From Tubiluchus corallicola (taxonomy: Eukaryota; Animalia; Priapulida), in NCBI GenBank assembly GCA_030141605.1, contig JAQGDQ010001879.1:1-22557 (forward strand): a stretch of 22,557 bases of DNA, given 5' to 3'. The number at the start of each line of letters is the position of its first letter. Positions within the stretch are counted from its first letter, which is position 1. A program made the position numbers and the translations under genes. Below the pieces are notes generated by a model, which did not search any database, had not been told where the DNA came from, and saw only the letters and a list, made by a program, of their open reading frames with translations. This document shows positions 12,401 to 21,327 of the stretch, piece by piece.

Positions 12401-12618
12401 TCAGTAAATTTCACAAATTGGTAAACAGTAGTAATCACAAACATAGTCATTCCATTCCCAATTATACCTGCTTTGTAATCCTACACAGTTTTCTTTTTGA
12501 CCTTCGTAGTTATTTGGTTCTCCAGGTGCCCAGTTTTCATATTTGAAATACTTTCCAGTAGCACTCCAATAGAAGCTGTTTCCTGAACTACGTTTTCCGC
12601 TCGTCCAGTAATTGTACT
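12401..12618 (-). CDS. C-type lectin gene 2, exon 2 (C-terminal half of the CTLD, EPN + WND)
   Basis: Acceptor TTTCAG| (alternative in-frame acceptor would start the exon at 12624); (E)YNYWTSGKRSSGNSFYWSATGKYFKYENWAPGEPNNYEGQKENCVGLQSRYNWEWNDYVCDYYCLPICEIY*, TGA at 12403-12401. Not in the ORF track. Confidence 0.93.
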
Positions 12619-12652
12619 CTGAAACTGAAATTTATACGTAATCAGATACTAG

Positions 12653-13285
12653 TATAGGTTTTATATGTCAAATGTAGACCGACGTTAACTCAAATGTAGA
12701 TTTAGGTAATTCAAATGTGTCTTGGTAACTCAAATGTAGACTTTGGTAGTTCAAATGTGTTAACAATGGTTTTCAAGAATTCTTAAGCATTTTTGGTAAG
12801 TCAAATGTAGACACGTGTCAAGTCAAATGTGACATTGGTATCTCAAATGTGGATAGGTGTCAAAATAATAACTTTATAGGTCTACTAATAGTTCACTAAT
12901 ATTCTGTAAACTTTACATACCATTGGAACTATTAGAGAAAACAATACATTCTTAAAATAAGTAATGTTTCTTGAGAGAAACTAATTCCTTAATGCAGCGC
13001 TAATGCATTACTTAAAAAACTAATTAGTGATTCACTGTTCATTGGGAAGTGATGCTGCCGATAGCACCATGACCATAAAATGTAATTTTAATTTCGTTTT
13101 ATCTTTTCGTAATTTGCACTTAAATGAGTTGATTACCGATTTATTCAAAGTACCGCATCTACATTTGACTTACCTAAGTCACATTTGAGTTACCAAAACA
13201 CATTCGAAATTCCTATGTCTACATTTGACTTACCTAAGTCACATTTGAACTTTCCTGTGTCTACATTTGACGTGTAAAACCTATA
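12653..13285. mobile_element. Non-autonomous TIR element (MITE/small foldback) in the lectin 2 intron, superfamily unassigned
   Basis: 27-bp inverted ends TATAGGTTTTATATGTCAAATGTAGAC / GTCTACATTTGACGTGTAAAACCTATA (2 mismatches); repeated subterminal TCAAATGT motifs on the left and ACATTTGA on the right at ~20-bp spacing. Confidence 0.85.
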
Positions 13286-13655
13286 AAATTGAGACTCAGT
13301 AATGTAATTACTAGAACGTTTGACAATCACGTACATTTATATGTGGCATCTTTCATATAACAAGTCCATATATGTAATAAAATAAGGGCAGTGTAACATT
13401 AAGGCTCTTGAAAAAATTGAAACACATTCGTGAAAGTTATGATTAATATAGAATTTGAGACTTTAAAATGGCTAACAGCCAGTCTGTGAACGGAAGTCTC
13501 TTTTCTTTGTAAGAAAAACTTTTTAAAATGAGAATGTGCTTGATTTATCCAGACGTAATTCATGCTACTCTTGTAGGCCAAATTGGTAGCCAGTCAATTT
13601 CGTTTAATTGTACTGCAGTCGTTTCGTTTTTTGTTAAAATTGATTATTTTCTTAC

Positions 13656-14106
13656 CCTTTGGGTTGGTTCTGGACGTTTCGTAAATTAGGCCCAAAACGG
13701 AGTAGTGCTCATAGGCACTTTCGATGCTTATCAGCTTTGCTCCGTGACTTCTGCATTTGCTGTCAGCTCCAGACCATGTGGTCAAATCTCCAGTTCGTGT
13801 CAGGATCTTGTAACAACCCTCTCCATTGTAATGAAATCCCCCTGGACATGGGTTATACCGATTTCCCGCTTTTGCTTCTAATAACTGCTCCTGTGCCTCT
13901 TTTGGTTGTACTTCTGATGCGTCATTTGACTCTTTGGTGTCGTCTTCATTTGTTGAGACAACCGTGTTCAAAATATCAGCATCACCATCACTTTTTTCCA
14001 ATTGTTTATCAGTATTTTTTTCTTGATTTAAAGCAGAACATTTGCAAAAAGCGAATAAAACGAATAAAATACCGATACCGCAAAATAAACTCAATTTCTT
14101 TCCCAT
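13656..14106 (-). CDS. C-type lectin gene 2, exon 1 (signal peptide, acidic pro-region, N-terminal half of the CTLD)
   Basis: MGKKLSLFCGIGILFVLFAFCKCSA signal; CPGGFHYNGEGCYKIL...TWSGADSKCRSHGAKLISIESAYEHYSVLGLI, paralogous to gene 1; donor G|GTAAGA after 13656 (451 nt, phase 1), same intron position as gene 1. Joined product ~222 aa. Confidence 0.93.
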
Positions 14107-14174
14107 TTTGCAGTTAGTTGTGACATACGTTCATATACGTAGAGATATAAATAAGTTTGTTGTCTAGTAAGTTG

Positions 14175-14201
14175 TTTATATACGCGTGTCAAGCAGGAAG
14201 T
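14175..14201 (-). promoter_or_regulatory. Candidate TATA box of lectin 2 with adjacent ETS-like site
   Basis: Minus-strand TATATAAA at 14182-14175, ~70 nt upstream of the ATG; CAGGAAGT at 14194-14201. Motif match only. Confidence 0.4.
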
Positions 14202-14454
14202 TGCCTCGTTTTGTCAGTCAAAGTTGTCTCATTTTGCTAGACAAATAAGTTGTCAGTGTGATGAAAGAATTCCTTCTTAGATTCTTAACGTCGAATGTCT
14301 TTCTGATCTGCACTACTTTGAGGTCAACGACGGATGTCGTGTTGTTGTTTCTCAGCTTGACAGCATGAAATATTTTCCTGTCAGGTTTATGACCCCTTTA
14401 ATAATCGTTTTAGATCTTGTGCCTAAGAAGAATAAGTGCACCAACCTTGATTAA

Positions 14455-14912
14455 CCCTTTCAGTCCCAAATTATTTTTTTAATAAGAAAAATGTTTTTGG
14501 CTTGGTACTTTTGTTCAGTATGTCCATCTTGTTTACACATAATAATTACTTTTTTCTACCTGTGCCCGCGTGCTAAATATAGCCTGTATCCCACGCGATA
14601 CATTTGGATTCAATGGAAGCATAAAATGTGCTTCATTTTGCAAATGCTGATAATTTTTTAAAGTATTTAAGACATTTAGTATGCACGCTATGCTGATCTG
14701 TACAAAGTCGTCTCTAAAGTACTGTACCTTGCACAGTTTTTATGCTATGTAGATTTTCTAGTTTGTCATTTTATCACCACTTTTAGTCTATTGTTATTGG
14801 CTTGAATCAAAATAACTATTAACAGATCAAATAACTGTCAGTTTTAAAATGTTATTAATTTTAAAGGCAGAAAATTTCTCGTATCCCACGGGATACCACA
14901 GGTATGAAAGGG
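14455..14912 (+). mobile_element. Non-autonomous piggyBac-like MITE, copy 3 (458 bp)
   Basis: TTAA at 14451-14454 and 14913-14916; CCCTTTCAGTCCC...AGGTATGAAAGGG; colinear with copies 1 and 2. Confidence 0.9.
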
Positions 14913-15281
14913 TTAAATTTTGGCATCATAAGTGTAAATACAACAATGTTATTGGGAAATTCAGTAAGTAAAGAAGTTCATTGATATCAACTGATATTTG
15001 GCATATGTGATAAAAGTATCATGATAAAATATCTATAGGACATTTTGTAAATAATAACTTCATTTGCTATCTGCTACCTTGTGCTAATTTTTTATTTACT
15101 GTAAATTTATTTTGCATGTTTATGTGAAAGCCTAGAGATATCCAGTAATTAAAAAAACGAGTTATGAACCTTTTCAATACTGGAACTACTAACGACTGCA
15201 GGAGGCACATTTTATGAACTCTTTAGTTGTTTTCTGCAACTGTATTCCATTATACAAAGATTATAACGACAAACATCTTGT

Positions 15282-15638
15282 TGTGTCTCTGAAGACAATG
15301 GAGTGTGCCCCAAGAGAGTCAGTTATTGATCACATTGATGGAGCTGCAGCGTCGACTGTGGCTGAGCAGTCCGATCCTTGAACGTCTCCAGGGCCCACGC
15401 CCTGGTGTATGGAGATCCTGAGTTGCCCAGACAACAGGAACCCCCTCTCTTCCTCCCTGGTGTAGTCTAATGGAAAGCGGAGCGATACGTTTGGCACCAG
15501 GTTGGCTGCAAGAGCTGCCGGTGTCAGTGAGCATGCTGCACTGGTCCGCCTTCGGGACTCCACTCCTGATTTGGAACGTTGCTTAACTTCGGTGATCAGA
15601 CGAGAACCGGTGTTTTCAACGTGATTTGGCCATAGTAC
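15282..15638 (-). mobile_element. SINE-like element: truncated 5S rRNA head plus RTE-LINE-derived body and tail
   Basis: GC-rich island; 15637-15576 is 5S-like; the 3' part encodes SRIGLLSHSRRC (RTE ORF C-terminal motif); short CAA-type tail; candidate 8-bp TSD CATCTTGT at 15274-15281 and 15639-15646. Confidence 0.75.
15576..15637 (-). pseudogene. 5S rRNA-derived fragment (approximately nt 1-62; box A only, no box C)
   Basis: CTATGGCCAAATCACGTTGAAAACACCGGTTCTCGTCTGATCACCGAAGTTAAGCAACGT matches the 5' half of invertebrate 5S rRNA, then similarity stops abruptly. Confidence 0.88.
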
Positions 15639-16084
15639 CATCTTGTACTACGTAGAGGAAAACTACAACATCTTGTAATTTTCCTCTAATTCTCTGATAA
15701 ATGTGATTTTTTGTTTCATTTTCACTCATCAGCATTTGCAAGACGCTGTGTGTGTTTATGGTTCATGTCTTGTACATGTAACGATCTTGCATCAACCAGT
15801 ACATCTTACTCAAATCTTAAAAGACCTCGTTTAAAGAAATTTTCTATCCCCTTTTGCATTGCATATGATTAATTTTCTTTTGTTTTTTTTGAGTCACTAT
15901 TACATTTCTTCAGTTCTTCGGTTATTATTTCATCGCTCAAAAGTGTGGCGTCTTCACTTTCTTGATTTATTTACAGTTTTGTGTTGTTCAGGACCTATGA
16001 GACAAAGTACTAATGAAATGCTCTTGATATCAAAAAGCAGATACTACTTTGCCAAAAGAAGGTGACTTGACAACAAGTATAATT

Positions 16085-16630
16085 CCCCCTTTTGTTTAGT
16101 TTCGAGCGTTTATACTAATTATGGCCGCATTACAGTAGTTTTCCTAGGCACCTTCGATGCATAGCAATTTTGCTCCCACACTTCTGCTTTTATTGTCAGC
16201 TCCAAACCACATTTTCAAGTCTGCAATCTACTTCCTCTTAAAATCTTATAACATTCGCCTGTAACATACTGAAATGCTGACAGTAGTTTTCCTAGGTACC
16301 TTCGATGCATGACAATTTTGCTCCCACACTTCCGCTTTTATTGTCAGCTCCAAACCACATTTTCAAGTCTGCAATCTACTTCCTCTTAAAATCTTATAAC
16401 ATTCACCTGTAACTTACTGAAATCCTGACCGACATGAGTTCAGAAATTTTATAGCCTTTCATTTCCAGCTTTTGTTTTTATCAATTTTTCTGTTGCTTCT
16501 GTAACTGAGCTTCTAGCTGCATTGTTTTTAAAGGAAGACAGGATGATTTTTCATATACAACGCCATTTTCAGTTCCGATAAAAAGTATACGTTTTAACAC
16601 AATTAATACTGCAAAAGCATTTCTGATAAT
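16085..16630 (-). pseudogene. C-type lectin pseudogene (exon 1 remnant) with internal 148-bp tandem duplication
   Basis: Minus strand: EATEKLIKTKAGN / NSCRSGFQ*VTGECYKILRG / DLKMWFGADNKSGSVGAKLSCIEGT*ENY aligns with lectin 2 exon 1; stops and frameshifts; 16132-16279 duplicated at 16280-16427. No convincing exon 2 found. Confidence 0.85.
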
Positions 16631-17196
16631 TAAATTACAGATTAGAGACTATTGATGACGTCACAAACTAACATAATTTTCATAAGCAAAAATGTTCCAC
16701 GAGCGTGTTGCACGTGTTTGCGAAAGCGAAAATTGAAGTACAGTGCTTGGTCACACTTCACACTCACGCACAGGACGTCTCTCGTAGATCAGGGGCCTTG
16801 GCATTGCTATACATTTATTATATTGTAATGTTATTTAATAAAAGTGTTATTCCACAAACAAAGTCTTGATAGCTTTGCCATTACTCAAACGTTTATAAAC
16901 AGCTACACACACTGCCTACACACGTACTACCACTATACCACAGACTTAATAATTTTACTCATTGTAATGATTACATCATTCAAGTATGCTGTATTTTAAA
17001 GCACAAGAAATATTCTCCATAAATAAAGCTTTAAAAATTCTTCTTGAATTTATATACAATTTGCGTACTGCCAATAAACAAACAAACAATTTTTAAATAT
17101 TGAACAATCTATTTTATAAAGCCAAGTGACTTAGTACAGAAATGGTGCATCACTTAGTAAAATACAGAAATCGCAAAATGGGAAAGTTTTTGCGAA

Positions 17197-19461
17197 TTTT
17201 GCGTGTCTCAGTTTGAACCTTTGAGTGTCTCAGTTTGAACCTTTGCATGTCTCACTTTGAACCTTTGCGTGTCTCAGTTTGAACCTTTGAGTGTCTCAGT
17301 TTGAACCTTTGCATGTCTCAGTTTGAACCTTTGCGTGTCTCAGTTTGAACCTTTGCGTGTCACAGTTTGAAACTTTGCGTGTCTCAGTTTGAAACTTTGA
17401 GTGTCTCAGTTTGAACCTTTGCGTGTCTCAGTTTGAAACTTTGAGTGTCTCAGTTTGAAACTTTGCGTGTCTCAGTTTGAACCTTTGCGTATCTCAGTTT
17501 GAACCTTTGCGTGTCTCAGTTTGAAACTTTGAGTGTCTCACTTTGAAACTTTGAGTGTCTCAGTTTGAACCTTTGCGTGTCTCAGTTTGAACCTTTGCGT
17601 GTCTCAGTTTGAACCTTTGCGTGTCTCAGTTTGAAACTTTGAGTGTCTCAGTTTGAACCTTTGCGTGTCTCAGTTTGAACCTTTGCGTGTCTCACTTTGA
17701 ACCTTTGCATGTCTCACTTTGAACCTTTGCGTGTCTCAGTTTGAACCTTTGCGTGTCTCAGTTTGAACCTTTGCATGTCTCAATTTGAACCTTTGCGTGT
17801 CTCACTTTGAACCTTTGCGTGTCTCAGTTTGAACCTTTGCATGTCTCACTTTGAACCTTTGCATGTCTCACTTTGAACCTTTGCGTGTCTCAGTTTGAAC
17901 CTTTGCCTGTCTCAGTTTGAACCTTTGCATGTCTCAATTTGAACCTTTGCGTGTCTCACTTTGAACCTTTGCGTGTCTCACTTTGAACCTTTGCATGTCT
18001 CACTTTGAACCTTTGCGTGTCTCAGTTTGAACCTTTGCGTGTCTCAGTTTGAACCTTTGCGTGTCTCACTTTGAACCTTTGCATGTCTCACTTTGAACCT
18101 TTGCGTGTCTCAGTTTGAACCTTTGCATGTCTCAGTTTGAACCTTTGCATGTCTCAATTTGAACCTTTGCATGTCTCAGTTTGAACCTTTGCGTGTCTCA
18201 GTTTGAACCTTTGCATGTCTCACTTTGAACCTTTGCGTGTCTCAGTTTGAACCTTTGCGTGTCTCAGTTTGAACCTTTGCATGTCTCAGTTTGAACCTTT
18301 GCGTGTCTCAGTTTGAACCTTTGCATGTCTCAGTTTGAACCTTTGCATGTCTCAGTTTGAACCTTTGCGTGTCTCAGTTTGAACCTTTGCGTGTCTCAGT
18401 TTGAACCTTTGCATGTCTCAGTTTGAACCTTTGCGCGTCTCACTTTGAAACTTTGCGCGTCTCAGTTTGAACCTTTGCGCGTCTCACTTTGAAACTTTGC
18501 GTGTCTCAGTTTGAACCTTTGCGTGTCTCAGTTTGAACCTTTGCGTGTCTCAGTTTGAACCTTTGCATGTCTCAGTTTGAACCTTTGCGCGTCTCACTTT
18601 GAAACTTTGCGCGTCTCAGTTTGAACCTTTGCGCGTCTCAGTTTGAAACTTTGTGCGTCTCAGTTTGAACCTTTGCATGTCTCAGTTTGAACCTTTGCGT
18701 GTCTCAGTTTGAACCTTTGCGTGTCTCAGTTTGAACCTTTGCATGTCTCAGTTTGAACCTTTGCGTGTCTCAGTTTGAACCTTTGCGTGTCTCAGTTTGA
18801 ACCTTTGCGTGTCTCAGTTTGAACCTTTGCGTGTCTCAGTTTGAATCTTTGCGTGTCTCAGTTTGAACCTTTGCGTGTCTCAGTTTGAACCTTTGCGTGT
18901 CTCAGTTTGAACCTTTGCGTGTCTCAGTTTGAACCTTTGCATGTCTCAGTTTGAACCTTTGTGCGTCTCACTTTGAAACTTTGCGCATCTCAGTTTGAAC
19001 CTTTGCGCGTCTCACTTTGAAACTTTGCGCGTCTCAGTTTGAAACTTTGAGTGTCTCAGTTTGAACCTTTGCGTGTCTCAGTTTGAACCTTTGCGTGTCT
19101 CAGTTTGAACCTTTGCATGTCTCAGTTTGAACCTTTGCGTGTCTCACTTTGAAACTTTGCGCGTCTCAGTTTGAACCTTTGCGTGTCTCAGTTTGAAACT
19201 TTGTGTGTCTCAGTTTGAACCTTTGCATGTCTCAGTTTGAACCTTTGCGTGTCTCAGTTTGAACCTTTGCGTGTCTCAGTTTGAACCTTTGCATGTCTCA
19301 GTTTGAACCTTTGCGTGTCTCAGTTTGAACCTTTGCGTGTCTCAGTTTGAACCTTTGCGTGTCTCAGTTTGAACCTTTGCGTGTCTCAGTTTGAACCTTT
19401 GCGTGTCTCACTTTGAACCTTTGCGCGTCTCAGTTTGAAACTTTGTGTGTCTCACTTTGAA
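17197..19461 (+). repeat. 21-bp tandem array, ~108 copies (TTTGCGTGTCTCAGTTTGAACC-type unit); left arm of the foldback
   Basis: Directly visible; variants GCGT/GCAT/GAGT/GCGC, CAG/CAC and AAC/AAA. Confidence 0.98.
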
Positions 19462-20415
19462 TTACTGGAAATGCCAAAATTTCTTCGCTTCATTTCTGAA
19501 TTCCTCCAGCTTTGCTGTATAGATGAACACATTCGCCAATGAGTTGCAATATGCTGGTAAGTGAAACCAGTAAAAGTTGTTCCTGTTAATGGCGTATGTG
19601 TCGCCGTGCATGAACCATGAAAACAAGGACACAATCATTGGGACGTAACACACATAAAACATGGCGATTACGATTCCTAAAGTCGTTACCGGTTTGAGTT
19701 TTGCTCTTAATTCAGATGTCCTATTTCTGGCAGCATCTTCTGGTTGGCTTCTCTGAAGTGTCCTGGCAGTGTTCCGTATTTCACGCCCGTGTTTCAGGGC
19801 AGTTCTTAACATCCTTACATAAAAATAAACAAGTATGGACCATATTATTGGAACATATACTGCATATCCAATGCAAAAATGTTGCATGAATATCCCATTA
19901 GGAGAGGGTAAACATTCGTTTGAAGGTTTCTGATCGTTCACATACACTACGAAAGTGCTGATTGTAATTACAAATAAAAACGTCAGAACCAAAGCTATGT
20001 AGATCTTTAGTTTACGATCCGTGAATAACCTGTGATAGTGGAATGGATATACAATGCTAACGAAGCGCTCAGCAGTAGCAAGAACGTAAAAGAACACAGA
20101 GCTAGTAATGCACTGCATTGGAATGAGATACAAAATGCCACAAAGAATGACACTTCTGCTCTGTGGTTCCGTAATTTCAAATGCAGTGGTTTGTATAATC
20201 AAGAAGAACCCAGCTAGCAGATCAGCAATGGAAAGACTGCACAGAATGTAGAAGAGTGGCACGTGCAGGTTGTGCGATTTGATGATGACCACGACGACGA
20301 AAGCATTGAAGATGATGATGGCGATGCCCAAAACTATAGAGAAAATGTCGAGTGTTACTCGAAGTTGAAGATCATCAATTTCAGTGCTAACATTAACAGA
20401 GTTATTTTTCTCCAT
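19462..20415 (-). CDS. Class A (rhodopsin-like) orphan GPCR, single coding exon, 317 aa
   Basis: Seven hydrophobic segments; N-terminal NNS/NVS sequons; TM1 FN, LHVPLFY..SLSIADL (TM2), AERF..IVYPFHY (TM3/ICL2), FYVCYVP (TM6), NSLANVFIY (TM7), helix 8 EEFR. Confidence 0.95.
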   Translation of the reverse strand: MEKNNSVNVSTEIDDLQLRVTLDIFSIVLGIAIIIFNAFVVVVIIKSHNLHVPLFYILCSLSIADLLAGFFLIIQTTAFEITEPQSRSVILCGILYLIPMQCITSSVFFYVLATAERFVSIVYPFHYHRLFTDRKLKIYIALVLTFLFVITISTFVVYVNDQKPSNECLPSPNGIFMQHFCIGYAVYVPIIWSILVYFYVRMLRTALKHGREIRNTARTLQRSQPEDAARNRTSELRAKLKPVTTLGIVIAMFYVCYVPMIVSLFSWFMHGDTYAINRNNFYWFHLPAYCNSLANVFIYTAKLEEFRNEAKKFWHFQ

Positions 20416-20969
20416 TCCTCAATTCTAGACTGCATGCGCTAATAGGAAAAAAGTAAAGATTTCCTATTTCAGAATTGTTGCATAAATTCGAATGAATGTA
20501 CATTCATCACACGCTCCTCTACCCGATAGCTGGTCAGATAAATGGAAATCATCATTACCCATGTATCACCTATTATACACAATGTTCTCTTGTCAGTGTT
20601 GTGATGTATTGGCTTAGCTAATGAAATGTTTGTCCATCCATTATACCTGTACTGATCCAGACTAGGTGTTGACAAAAAAGATCCAGGATGTTTTCTGGGA
20701 AACGTCAGGAGAAGCAAATAAATTTTTTAGGTCAGGGTTTATTTGCTGAATTGTGACAGCAAATATGTAAACTATACCAGTTTGTCATCAAACAGTTTTA
20801 TAAAAAGGATTAATATATATGTGTTTAATAGTTGAGTAAACTCACAAGAAAAGCAACATTCAGCAATCCATATTAGTCAGAATTGCACTAGTTTTCATAT
20901 TAAATTAGCACAATAAAGAGAAATAATGTGAATGTATGAAGAAGTTTTACATCTAAAACAAATTCTCAG

Positions 20970-20971
<2 letters not shown>

Positions 20972-21041
<70 letters not shown>
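20972..21041. repeat. (TA)n microsatellite
   Basis: Directly visible. Confidence 0.98.
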
Positions 21042-21045
<4 letters not shown>

Positions 21046-21327
21046 TATTGATCATAAAATTGTCATAAATAATACCGTCCATATGAAGTTCCATTCTGTT
21101 AGAGAAATTTCGTAAACATGTACAACACATGAAAGTTGACCAAAGTTTGCAAAGTGTGCTAATAACATATTAAGAAGTAATATACTTTTGCGACTATTAC
21201 ATCTATTGTAGACCGACAATGAGCAGTTGTATTGATATAATAATGCCTGCGAAAGTAAATGATGCAATATTTCGAAACAAGCTGAGAAAAAACAACAAAA
21301 AGATCTGACGTGATGAACCTTGTATCC

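Noticed and set aside
12461-12470. CAG|GTATAA as a donor ending lectin 2 exon 2
   Set aside because: Reading through gives WND, the final cysteines and a stop aligned with gene 1, so no third exon is needed.
14098-14111. 14-bp inverted match between the lectin 2 start context (GCAAAATGGGAAAG) and 17173-17186 at the foldback edge
   Set aside because: A 14-mer match is roughly expected by chance in 22 kb of AT-rich DNA, and it does not extend.
1952-14912. MITE-lectin units as products of segmental triplication
   Set aside because: MITE flanks are unrelated and the MITEs are much more similar to each other than the lectins are.
15576-15637. Functional 5S rRNA gene
   Set aside because: Only about half the gene; no box C or T-run terminator; fused to retroelement sequence.
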